From Eledone cirrhosa (taxonomy: Eukaryota): 64,000 bases of DNA. Shown one piece after another: positions 26,060-37,793 of this stretch. A program made the translations under genes and the position numbers. Positions within the stretch are counted from its first letter, which is position 1; the number at the start of each line of letters is the position of its first letter. Location: assembly GCA_964016885.1 (NCBI GenBank), contig OZ024746.1:86800001-86864000 (forward strand), in the 5' to 3' direction. Under the pieces are notes generated by a model, which was not told where the DNA came from, searched no databases, and was given only the letters and a program-made list of their open reading frames with translations.

Positions 26060-26360
26060 GAATTATAGCCTTTTACGTTCTGAGTTCAAATCCCGCCGAG
26101 GTTAGATTTGCCTTTCATCCTTACGGGGTTGATAAAATAAAGTACCAGTAATGCACTAGTGTGGATTTAATCGACTTTCTCCTTCACTAAAATTGTTGGC
26201 CTTGTGCCTAAATCAGAAACTATTATCTTTAAGAAACAAGTTATGATCTTAGTTCAAATCCTGCCGAGGTTAACTTTGCCTTTCATCCTTACGGGGTCGA
26301 TAAAATAAAGTACCAGTGGGATAATTGCTGGCCTTATGTCAAACGTAGAGACAATTATCT
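26060..26360 (+). mobile_element. Two tandem, 5'-truncated SINE family A copies
   Basis: Core and tail consensus occur twice (26060-26225 and 26250-26360). Confidence 0.85.
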
Positions 26361-27006
26361 TTAATAAAGAAAGAACAAATTCTATCAGAAAACCAAAGTT
26401 TTACAAGACTAAATTAATACTTCCTGATCATTGTAATGTTTTTTTCGTTGATATTTCTCATTATATAATCACTATATTATACTAGAGAGTAATGTTGTAG
26501 TTTAGAAAAGAATGTACTTGATATACACCGTTGTGTATCTGCTAGAAATAGAAAAATATAATCTACATTCCTGCTTGCAGTACAATCTAACTTTGCCTTA
26601 TATCATACAAAACTGTTTCAATAAAGAGGAGATGAGGATGCATGGAATATCTATGAGCATAATCTTCATGAATAGGGGTAATCTTGAGGAACCACAAAAC
26701 ACCATCAACAACCCTTGCTTTAGTTAAAGGGCAACGCTGCCGTAAGTCTCTTTATCGCTCTCTTGCACTCTATCTCTCACTCTATCTATCTACTATCTAT
26801 TTTGATAGAGTAAGACACGCTTCACATCAGCTCCGCTATTCCATCGGGATTTACCCTTACTATAGTAAGTACCGGATAAATTTTTCAGTGCAACACATTT
26901 GGAACACTAACCCCTGTTATTTAGGGAAACATTTTTGCATTTACCCCCTTTTTAGGATGTAAAATAAATATCTATTTTTTTGCCGAAAAATTTCTTTCTT
27001 GGCAGC

Positions 27007-28836
27007 ATGGCGGAAAAGATGGCAGACATGTCTGCCATTAGCTCTACCACGCCCCCCAAGTCTGAAGAACAAAAAATAATTACAACAAAATTAGACAACG
27101 AAACAAACAAGGAAAATGGAAAAACAAATGTTAAGGAAAATGAGCAAACGGAAAACAAACAAACAGAAAATAATACAAATAACAACAGGGCAACTTTCGC
27201 CCAGAAAACAAAACAATCCATAACATACACACCAATTGACTTAACTGCCGCCAGAGAAAAACTGGCCGAAGCGAAAAAACAAATAGTCTTGGGGGAGAAC
27301 GGAATGTTTTCCATTAACTCCCCCCCAGAATTCAAGAAAGCCAGAACAGAGAGCACAGTTCTCTTCAGAACTATATTGAACCAAACAAGAAAGCCAGCAC
27401 AGCCCAGCCAAATGGAAATAGAGTTGGTCCTAAAAGACTATATGAAGAATATTCTCTTCATACGAAAGGACCGACTCTATGGCAGCATTTCGGTCTTAAC
27501 AAAAGACAAGGAAACGGCGGAGAAGCTTTCCCTAAGCCCACTCTCATCGACAACATACAGCTTCTATCCCTCCTACATGGGTAGAAGAACACAGAGAGTA
27601 AAAGTAAAAACAATGCTGCCCACAATGGACTTCTGGTGGGCTATTGCTGGCTTCATAGACATGGGCGAAGACACAATGCTGTCAATGGGGAAGGCAACTG
27701 GAGATGCGTTCCTGGGAATGGGCCTCGACATACTAGTCCAAATGAGGCCCGAAAGAATAGCACAAATCCCGGATCGCATCTGGCTGGATGACCTTACCCC
27801 AATAGATATAATTGTAGAGGGGAGAAGACCAGCATGCTATTTATGCACGGAAAGGGGACACGTTAAGGCTAACTGCCCGAAACGTATCCCCCAAAAGGGA
27901 CTATTGCCCACACCCACCACAAACAGTACACCAACACCACCCACCTCCAAAAATACACTAATACCACACACAGCAAACAAAATACAGACACCGCCAACCA
28001 CAAACACAACACAAACATCACCACCACCAGCACCAAACACAAGCACGACACAAAAATCACCACCACCAACCACAACACAAACATCACCACCACCATCACC
28101 AACCACAAGCACGACACAAACATTACCACCACCACCACCACAAAACCCATTCTAAACAAATAAAAAAAAACAGTAACAAATCTACCCCTCCCGCAAAAAA
28201 AAACAACCACACAACACGTCCCTCCCACCTAGCGCTGAAGAGTTTCCCCCAACTTCTGAAGAAGAAGGAGGAGAAGCCTTCAGACAAGTTAAAAGAAAAA
28301 AAAGAAAACACACACCCAGCACACCACAAATAACCCACACACAAACACCAACTCCAATCAAAAACACCCCACCCTCAACAAACAAAAATAAATCTGCACC
28401 TCCCCTCTCCGAAACATTGACAGCATCACAAAAAAAGACGTTGCAATACACATATATATAAAGAAAACAAAAAACTGGTTAAATTAATAAACAATAGCCC
28501 TTTGGTGCAGACCGAAGGGCCAAACTTTATCTCAACAGAGAACTTCACCCATTTAAAAATGATAAAGGTCCCTCTGGACCTTTATCGTTCCTTAAAAGAA
28601 CAATTTAGACGGGACGTGAGCCCCCCTGTTTAAAACCGTTAAATCGCGTCCTCTTGAAAGATTTCCCCATAACCGCCCCTCTCCCTGACACAACTCCAAA
28701 TACCCCAACCCCACCACACACGGGTACCCCCACACCACCACAAAACATCCCTCCACCCAACACACCTGATGCCATGGAAATTACACAACCCGGAGAGGTA
28801 GGTGCTTTTCTTTCTTCACTTTCAACACCAAAATAG
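27007..28836 (+). pseudogene. Tx1 ORF1 (nucleic-acid-binding protein with CCHC zinc knuckle and Pro/Thr-rich tail), open to 28155 and then broken
   Basis: ATG at 27007. Knuckle CYLCTERGHVKANC. 22-aa tandem duplication TTQTSPPP.... The Pro/Thr-rich reading continues in shifted frames to TAG at 28834-28836. Confidence 0.8.
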
Positions 28837-28841
28837 ATCAA

Positions 28842-31584
28842 TTGAGAGTTGGCTGTTTGAACACGCGTGGCCTGGGCTCAGCTTGTAAGCAAGCAAAGCT
28901 TCTAAATGACCTCAGGTCACAAAGTATAGATGTGATGGTTGTTTGCGAGAGTCGGATCAGCAGCGTGAGACAGCTGGCGCCCGCCTTCGATGACTTTGAG
29001 ATGCACGCATCTCTCTGTCAACCCGGAGGCGGGGGGGGGGGGGAGGGGAGTTGCCGTACTGCTGGATAAACGTCTGGCTCTCGACGTACAGATTGTTCAC
29101 TCGGACCCGGGGGGTCGATTACTGGTGCTGGACGTCGGAGGCGGTGAAGGCGGGGCTTTCAGACTGGTCGGTCTTTATGCCCCCTTCGGGGCGGAAAGAG
29201 CCGACTTCTTCCAGCGTCTGGAGACTTTTCTAGCTGGGCCCGCGTGACAGAAGCCAAGAGTGGGATTAAATTCACCATTCGGTCTTTGCGAGACCAGGAT
29301 GGACGGGTGATCCTTGAACCTGAGCGGATGTGCGAGGCCTTTCAAAGGCACTTTGTTCGACTGTTCGGAGGGGGCGGGGGGCCGGACGGGGATGTGGACT
29401 TCGGTCCATACCTCGACGGTCTACCGCGTCTTTCGAGGGGCGAAGCGGAGTGCTGCGAAAGGCCAATCACGGCCACTGAAATCGGGGAAGCGCTCAGCCA
29501 ATGCAGCAGACGCAAATCTCCGGGTCTCGATGGTCTACCATACGAACTTTATTTAGCTATGCCGGTCTTGTTCTCCGAACTCCTCGGCTGTCTATTGCAA
29601 CTGGCAACAGAACGGGAGAATTCCCTGTTCTGTGACCAAGGGCGTGGTCACGCTAGTGAGGAAGGACGAGAGCAAAGGGGACGACTTAAGTAACTTTAGG
29701 CCCATAACTCTGCTAAATGCAGAGTTACAGATTTTGGCCAAGGTGTTGGCGAAGAGGTTGGCGCTTGTGGTGGGTGGTTTGGTGGGAGACGCGCAGACAT
29801 GCGCTATCCCGTCCAGGTCCATTCACGACAACCTCCACCTCATGCGATACATCGTAGAGAGGGTTGGCAACGAACCCGGCTTTGGTGGGGCCCTGATCAA
29901 CTTGGATCAATCTAAGGCGTTCGATAGGGTCGACCATGGTTACCTGGATGCGGTGCTAGCGGCGGTGGGCTTCGGACCCGTTTTCAGGGGCTGGATTTCT
30001 GCCATGCACAGTGGCAACATCTACTCTAGGATTAAAGTAAACGGCTACCTCTCGGAGCCGTTTCAAATCACCCGGTCCATCAGACAGGGGTGCCCCCTCT
30101 CCTCCCTTCTGTACGTATTGACTCTCGAGCCACTGCTGCGGAAGTTGGAGTTGCTGTGGGGCATAACCCTGGAACCGGGATTGCACAAAGCGGTCTCGGC
30201 CTATGCTGACGACGTAACAGTAATGGTGGCGGACGCCTCGGAAATCGGGGCGATCGCCACCCTACTGGAGGAATACGAAAGGCTGACGGGGGCTAGGCTG
30301 AACCAGGACAAGTCAGTCGGTTTGCAACTCGGAACGTGGAGGGGCAAACCGATGCCGTTAAACGGTGTCGTCGGGCGGTGGATGGAGGGCCCGGTGAAGC
30401 TGCTCGGGGTCTGGTTCGGACCGGACCTCCAGGTGGAGAAGAATTGGGGCGAGGTGACGAGCAGGGTGTTTGCGCTGACCCAGAAGTGGGCCAAGTGCAA
30501 ACTATCACTCAAAGGTCGGGCGGAGGTGACGAACGCTTACATAGCGTCCGTCATCTACTACCGCCTGACCGTCGTGCCTTGCCCCAAGGAAAAGCTCACC
30601 ATCATGGAACGCATGCTCTTCCAGTTCCTCTGGAAGAAGCGGCCTCCCATGGTGAGGAGATACATCTGCTGCCAGCACCCTTCGAAAGGAGGGCTGGGTA
30701 TGCCGTGGCTGTTGATGCGTAGGCACGCATTGAGGCTACGGCATCTACAGGTATTCCTCAACGGTCAGCCGGTGTGGGCCCCGTTTGTGAGGCGAGCCTT
30801 CCCACAGCTCGTCTCGCTCACCGAACTGCAATCCTGGGTGAAGCAAAGACCGAGAAAACTGGGCAACTGGCACACCGAGTGTGCCCAGGCGCTCACGGCT
30901 ATCTGGCAAGCGGACCCGACTATCAGTGGAGAATCCACCTCGACATTCTATAGAGGGTTGGTGGCTAGCAAGGGCGACGACACCCTTGGAGAGTCGCTAG
31001 GCATGGAGGAGGACGAACTGGCCAGCCTGTTCGATAGAACTTTCGGCCCGGGACCCATGGACAACTTCCAGAGGTCCCTAGCCTGGCAGTGTTACCGGAG
31101 GGCTCTGCCCGTTCGAGAAAAGCTCTACAGACACGGGCGCCCGGGCAGGGATCCCGCGAAAAAGATCTGTCCCAGATGCGTGCGCGACGAGGAAACGGTT
31201 GCGCATGCACTGGTACACTGCCCGGGCGTTGCCGATCTGTGGGGTTACGTCGAACGACTGCTGTCGCGTGTGGCGCCGATTCGATTAACCGCCGAGTCTG
31301 TGGTGAACATCAAGCCGCCTCCTCCCTTCAGAAATGAAGCAGAGGCGGTCTTTCTGTGCGTAATAGCCATGATGAAAGAGGTTGTGTGGTGGACGCGCCT
31401 GAAAGGTCTGAGGTCGGGTGACTTTCTCTCCGGCCATCACCTGGTTTACTTCTTCCGATACCACTTCGGAAGAAGGATCAGGATGGAGAGAGAAGTGCTT
31501 GGCCCCAGACAGTTTTATGAAAGGTGGGTGAAAGAAGCGAGAATGGCCCGTGTAAATGGGTCTTCTCTCTACATTGTTCTGTAG
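28842..31584 (+). pseudogene. Tx1 ORF2: APE endonuclease (partly deleted), reverse transcriptase, C-terminal zinc-binding domain
   Basis: APE motifs LNTRGL, VVCESR, RGVAVL, DPGGRL and LVGLYAP, then a jump at ~29244 that loses the GDxN/SDH part. RT motifs KSPGLDG, NFRPITLLN, LDQSKAFDRV, IRQGCPLS, YADD and KGGLG. C-terminal CPRC..ETVAHALVHC. Frameshifts near 29035, 29244 and 29585. 650 aa open at 29632-31584. Confidence 0.92.
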
Positions 31585-31840
31585 GTGAAGAAGTGAAGAG
31601 GGAAGGGGGAGCGCCTCCTCTCTGGGCTTCCCCCGCGAAAAGAGTTGCACACTTTTCGGGGGTATGTGCAATCCCCAACACGCCCCCTCCCTTTTGAGGA
31701 CTTTTTATTGTTATATTATTATTGTTATTCCTTTTTTCTTTACTCGATTTATGTAAACTTCCCCACTGTGTATTTGTCCCCTTCTTTTGAGCCCTCGTGG
31801 CAAATAAATAGAAATCTATCTATCTACTATCTATCTAATT

Positions 31841-31934
31841 GCCTCGGAGCGCAGGAAGCAGCGCGCCAGTCTCATAATCACATGTGAAAATCAGAGAAAT
31901 CTGAAGGTTGTGAGTTCGATCCTCACCTGAGGCA
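31841..31934 (+). tRNA. Elongator tRNA-Met(CAT) with a 22-nt intron at 37/38, probably pseudogenised
   Basis: GCCTCGG-A-GCGC-AGGAAGCA-GCGC-G-CCAGT-CTCATA-[atcacatgtgaaaatcagagaa]-A-TCTGA-AGGTT-GTGAG-TTCGATC-CTCAC-CTGAGGC-A. The exons closely match eukaryotic elongator tRNA-Met. A T-run follows at ~31938-31944. Defects: U8 missing, D-loop GG changed to AG, C27-A43 mismatch. Confidence 0.85.
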
Positions 31935-32579
31935 CAGTTCTTTTATAAAAAATATATCTCTCTATCTCTCAATCGATCTACATATCTACCTAACTATCGT
32001 TTGATCTATTAGTATGTCCGACTCGCTGTTCTATTTTTCTATGTGACTATATATTTAATTGCACGATATCACCTAACCAGAAAATATATTGAAACAATAA
32101 GCAATGCAATGCAGTAACAATTCTTCACTTCTCTTACACTTCTGCCAAAAATTATCATACGTGTGTGCGTAAATTTTGTATATCGAATAATATACGTTAT
32201 GTTTACGAATAAATATTAGAAAGCCTGTAGCCATGAATTTTAAAAGGTGGTGGCAGAACGCCACCTAGAGAGTTCCCACATAGGCAAGAGGATATTACCG
32301 ACAGGTGTTTCTAACTTATATCGTTATTAAGGTAATGCACTCGAGGTCGAAGCGATATGTTAGACTACGTCCTCGTGAGGGAAAAGGACTGACACGATGT
32401 TTGTGTCACAAATGCCATATGTGTTGCAGAATTTAGGACAGATGACAAAAAGCTAATCATAAAGTTCAGCATCAAATTACAGAGGTCTAAATACAAATTG
32501 GAAATCTTACTGCGAAACAAATTAAAATACTGCTATTGTAATAGTTTGACTCAACTCAGTGAATCGCGATAAGAATGAT

Positions 32580-32780
32580 GAAGATATACTGAATATATTG
32601 GATGTAAAACATCAACTCCATAAAGTGCATCTAAGTGACCCTACTTCCATCTCAAAGAGGAGAAGATATCTGAAGTTAAGCAGAATCTACGTAGCATGAA
32701 AAACCCTCGGTTAAATAGGAAGGCTGAGTAGATCCAAGTTCACATTGACAATCATATGTCATTCAATGCAATGTACGGCC
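32580..32780 (+). pseudogene. Very degenerate RTE ORF2 fragment
   Basis: Reads like KHQLHKVHLSDPTS..K...EVKQNLRSMKN..RKAE.IQ, the RTE linker between APE and RT. Confidence 0.4.
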
Positions 32781-33329
32781 TTGTTTTTATTTGTAATTTG
32801 AAATTGTGTCTAGGTGATAAGTAGCTCATGAAATGTGCAAGCTTCCAGGAGCGGGAAATCGATTGGGTTTGCACTTGTTAATAATCTAATCGAAACCCTG
32901 CGTTAAAATTGTTACACGTTTATTTGTTCTGGGCACGGTTTGGATGAGGGACAAACATCTTTTATTGACGCCATCTCTTACTTCATCGATGTTGGCCAAT
33001 TTTGCGGGATATGCGCTGATTAATGTGATGAACTGTTTCAATGATTCGAAAGACTTGAATCACTGAAATTTCTTCATTAACCTGAACCATATAAATTTTG
33101 GTAACAGCGCTCACCCGTTGGTTCAGTGTTTTTGCCAATTATATAGATTCTAATAATTATTCAAACGTATTCATCCTAGCAGAAAAGCTGAACGGAACAA
33201 GTAAGACCGGTGGAATTTTAACTCAGAATGTGAAAGTGTGTAATTAAATACTGCAGAACATTTCGTCCGTCACCCTATCGAATCTGCTAATCCTTTGACT
33301 TTTAAATGAAATATTCTCTCTCTCTCTCT

Positions 33330-34385
33330 CTTTTCTCTTTTTCTTCGTCCACTTATTGCTGAGAGGAGGGGGGGGGGGGGGCTCCTCAAACAATGCTACC
33401 AGCTAGTACTGTTAGAAGCAACCGTCTCCGTCAGATGCCATCTTGCTCGGAGTCGACCCCTTGGTCTCCAACCGACTGGTGTTGCCCGAAATATCTGCCT
33501 TTCATCACTCGTGAACACAGCCCCAAGATACTTGAACATCTCCACCTGCTTCAGTGGAATTTCATTCACATGTAGAGTGCACTGCGCAGGTCTCAAGCCT
33601 GCGGAGGAATGTGTTAAAAGGAGAAAATTCTTTCCTGATCTCCTAAACCCGATCACAACAGCATCTTCTGATTTACACAAGGTGTATCTGGGAACGGTGA
33701 CTAATCTCTCGGAAGCTGAGATCACAAGAGCAGGTAATGAGCTCAAATGTGGAAAGGCTGATGGAGAAGATGAAATCAGAACCGAGGTGTTAAATGTCTT
33801 AAATAGAAAAGGTTTTGGAGTATGGGGTGGTTTTCAGCTTTTTGCTGCTCTCGTGTATTTGTGTTCGGATAAATCGTGCTGAATGAAAATAATTCAATGT
33901 GGGAGTCGGACTCCGCCAACGGTGCGTACTTTTATCTCTCCTATTCATTATTTTCATTATCTCTCCTATTCGTTATGAAGGGCGGGGGATTGGCAGTATC
34001 GGTAGAGGATTGGACGCCATACTTTGTAGCATAGAGTTACGGCCCTTTACGGTCCGAGTTCAAATGCCGGCGATGTTATCTTTGCCTTTCACCCTTACGA
34101 AGTTGATAAAATAAAGTACCAGTAATGCACTGGGATAATTGCTGGCCTTGTGCTAAAAGTAGAAACAATTATTTTCATGAACAGGATTGATATGTGCATC
34201 TCGGCTGGAAGTGGTATTACGACTGGCAGGTGTAAAATCAGTCGTTTGGAGTTTGCATACGACATGGTGTTACTTAACTTGAGAGAAGGTGTTTTCCGAC
34301 ACGCGCTTGATAAGTTTGCTGCCCAGTGCTGCATGACTGGAATGAAGATCAGTGCTGCGAAAACTAAGACACTCGTCCTCTCAAT
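33330..34385. pseudogene. Rearranged RTE remnants: 3' end on minus (33330-33560), RT pieces on plus (33600-34385), interrupted by a SINE
   Basis: Minus strand: QVEMFKYLGAVFTSDE..RPRGR. Plus strand: LKCGKADGEDEI, VGLRQRCVLLSLLFIIFMNRID, LEFAYD, MKISAAKTK. Confidence 0.75.
33978..34172 (+). mobile_element. SINE family A inserted in the RTE remnant
   Basis: Consensus match. attattttcat occurs on both sides. Confidence 0.88.
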
Positions 34386-35689
34386 GATATATTCATTTCA
34401 ATATATTTTATCATTCTGTTTTTATGTTGCATTTTGTATTTACTTATTTCGTAGTAATATTGATAATAGATAGATTCCGATTGAAAAATCGTTTTAAATC
34501 TAATTAATATTTATATTTTAGTAATAATAATAATAATAAAACTCTTGTTACATATACATCTATCGATCTAAATGATACCATCAGTGTAATATTGAAAATT
34601 AATTATTTATTATCTCACCAGTGTAATATTGAAATTTAATTATTTATGGAAATTACAATTTTTTTAAAATCAGAAAGTAGTTTTCTTTTCAAATCAAATA
34701 GATTTAACTTTTAAAATAAGATATTTAATGTGTGACAGGGAGGTGGCGGCGGCGGTGGTGGTGGTGGTAGGAGGGGGTGGGGCACTGAGAGATAAAGCGA
34801 ATGAAAAAGGAGAAGAAGAGATATAAGGTGAGTGAGAATGTAAGAGAAAGAGACTGGCTGAGGAGGTGAATGTAAGAGAAAGATAGAGTGATGAATGTAT
34901 TTATTATTTTTTTCCGAAATAGATAGACAGGATGAACATTGAATGAATTTAATCCAATTTTATGCCACCATAGAAGTTAATGGAGTATTTTCCTCGATTT
35001 CTATTCGAGTTCAAAAGTTCACGAACAAGTCTTTTCTTTTTTTTTAGCCATTTTCTACTTGTTTCGCTTTCAGTAATTCATTGTGTATGTAAATCTGTTA
35101 GGCGAGGGAATTATACATTCATTCCTACTCCGATATCTATTCCAACGCATTCAACTGCGTTGTAACCCCCTTTAAGCCTTATCAGATATACTGTTAATTG
35201 TTAGTTAATGATCTCTGGGAATCATTTACCTTTACAAGTATTTGTATAATTCCATCCAATTAACTTTTCTAAAAAGGGGAATCTTTTTCATATTTACATA
35301 TTTTCAAATAATAATGATAATGCCTTCGATATTCTGCAAACAAACCACTCTCAGTCGTTGGCCATTATGAGTAAAATATCTATTTTAAATACAAGCGGCA
35401 TTCCTAGAGCCAACAGAAACTCCGCGCTGCAACCGAACGGTGATGAAGTCACTATTCGTACCTCGTGAAAGGTACAGTCAAAACATATATTTTACTGACA
35501 ATTACAATTCTAAATACCCACCTCTAACTCACACCCAGAAAATGCAATAATCAACAGGAACAAAAACAGTACTTTTAACTTAGCAAATATCTAAAATAAT
35601 ATATCCACAGACTAACCCGCGCCCTAAAACAACGACAATTAAAAGCATGAAGCCCAAACCGAAATAACCGCCACCACCACGTTTACGGT

Positions 35690-36302
35690 TGATCGGTGGG
35701 CACTGCCGGTTCGAAATAAACGCTACGGCCAGGGAAATGTGGTCAGACGGACGTTTCTGAGATACGCGTGGAGAGAGAGATGAAACCATTTTTCACGTAT
35801 TCGTGCATCACCAACTTGTGTAATTTTATTAAACAGATAATTATCGCGTGTAGGACATATCTGGTTATCGACCGAGTACATCGGGAAGCTGGGTACGCCA
35901 CATTATTTTGACCAGGAATGGCAGGAAGTTTTCCTTTGCCTGGTGGCCATAGGGAAAGAAGTTGTGAGGTTGAAAGGACTGCAGACATATACTTTCTCTT
36001 CGGCCAATCCCTCATCACTTAGAAAGGAAGGGGATGGTTAAGAAGAAGTGCTGCCTCCTAGTACATTTGCTAAAAGGTGGGTTAATGTTCCGAGAATGGT
36101 CCGTGTGACTCTGAGCATGCACCGGTAGGCTAGCTGAATTGAACTAGAGAGGGGTCCACTTCTCAGGTGCACTTGGAGCGTCGGGGGCTTCAGATATGTT
36201 ACCCCTATTGAGGAATTTTTAGTGTAATAATTTTAATATCTATTTTATTTTGTTAACTCAATTTTCTACTATATGTCGGCCCTTGTGGCCAATAAAGAAA
36301 TC
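35690..36302 (+). mobile_element. Old Tx1 3' fragment ending in (ATT)n
   Basis: Degenerate ALPVRNK.YG.G..V.R...ET.FH and KRWVNVPRMVRV. The 3' end ggcccttgtggccaataaagaaatc is followed by (att)n. Confidence 0.7.
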
Positions 36303-36314
36303 ATTATTATTATT

Positions 36315-37748
36315 GCTAGGTGTCTAGTTCGGTCCGGACCTCCAGACGGACAAAAACTGGGACGAGGTGACGAGCAGGGTGGCTTCTCTCACCCAGAAAT
36401 GGGCAGAGAGGAAGCTATCCCTGAAAGGTCGAGCGGAGGTGGCGAATGCGTATATCGCGTCCGTCATCTACGACCGCCTGACCGTCTTACCTTGTCCTAA
36501 GCCTCGCCTGACTGCGCTGGAGCATTTGTTCTCTCGCTCTTTTTGGAAGGGACGCGCTCCGATGGTCAGGCGGTCCATTTGCTGTCTACACCAGCTACGT
36601 GGAGGGCTGGGCATGCCGTTGCTGATGATGCGTAGACACGCGCTTAGGTTACGACATCTCCACCTCTTCCTCGACAGTGATCAGGTGTGGTCACCGTTTG
36701 CTAGACGCGTTTTTCCCCAGCTCGTCTCCTTAACGGAGCTGCAGTCCCGGATCAAGCGAAAACCGAGAGGGAGCGCTTGGAGACTGGAATGTCTTCTGGG
36801 CGCTCACAGCCCTCGACCAGTCACGCAATGTGATCGGTGGAAACTCCACGTTGGCGTTCTATAGAAGATTAGTGGAGGGGGAGAGCGACGACGTACTTGG
36901 GGGAAACTGTAGGCGTCGATGAAAATCAACTAGCCAATCTCTTCGGAAGAACTTTCGGGCCGGGGCCTATGGACAATTTCCAGAAATCCCTGGCCTGGCA
37001 GTGCTACCGAGGAGCTTTGTCAATTCGAGATAAACTCTACAGGCATAGAAGTGCCGTCAGCCGGGCATGTCCGAGATGCGCGCAGAGCGACGAAACCGTC
37101 CTGCACGCACTCGTCCTGTGTCCGAGCATTGCTGACTTGTGGGTTTATGTCGAACACCTGCTGTCGCGTGTAGAACGGATCCCGCTATGAGCTGAATCCA
37201 TCGTGAGGATTGCCCCTCCCTCTTCCTTTAGCCGGGAAGGGCATGCAATTTTTATCTGTCTGGTGGCAATGGCGAAAGAGATAGTATGGTGAACGCGTGT
37301 GAAAGGGCTGAAGACGAGCACTTACCTCTTCGGTGATACCCTGATTAACTTTTTCAAATTTCATTTGAAAAGAAATATCAGGGTAGAGAGGTAAGTACTC
37401 CTTTCCCAACATTTTGTTGAAAGATGGGTGAGAGAGGCAAGAATGGTCCGAGTGAATGGGCGTACTCTGAGTATGTGCCTGTAAATTGAAGGTGGAAAAC
37501 TGGGAGAAGGCACTTGCCCTGGTGGTCAGGGTTACCGTGGCCTTTTTTTAATGGGCTTTCTCCACGATGGCCCCCGAAAGCCTACCCCTATAGGGGAATT
37601 TTTCATTGTTCTTTTTTTGTTACATCCTCTGTTTTTGTATTTTTTACACGCAGAAATGACCATTTGTACCGTCCTGTATTGTCCTGCATTGTCCTGTACT
37701 CTCCTTAATGTCTACTTTGTGTCAACCCTTGTGGTTAATAAGGAAAGC
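36315..37748 (+). mobile_element. 5'-truncated Tx1 copy related to 26801-31814, between (ATT)n tracts
   Basis: TSRVASLTQKWAERKLSLKGRAEVANAYIASVIY, RTFGPGPMDNFQKSLAWQCYR and CPRC..ETVLHALVLC. Several stops and frameshifts. Ends cccttgtggttaataaggaaagc followed by (att)n. Confidence 0.9.
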
Positions 37749-37758
37749 ATTATTATTA

Positions 37759-37793
<35 letters not shown>

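Larger units (their letters stand above)
26801..31814 (+). mobile_element. Full-length, decayed Tx1-clade (L1 group) LINE with a 20-bp target-site duplication
   Basis: Identical tctatctatctactatctat at 26781-26800 and 31815-31834. Layout is 5'UTR, ORF1, ORF2 (APE-RT-zinc finger) and a 3'UTR ending gccctcgtggcaaataaatagaaa. Confidence 0.92.

Noticed and set aside
29272-31681. Many antisense and alternate-frame ORFs over the Tx1 ORF2
   Set aside because: They are expected shadows of GC-rich coding sequence and show no motifs.
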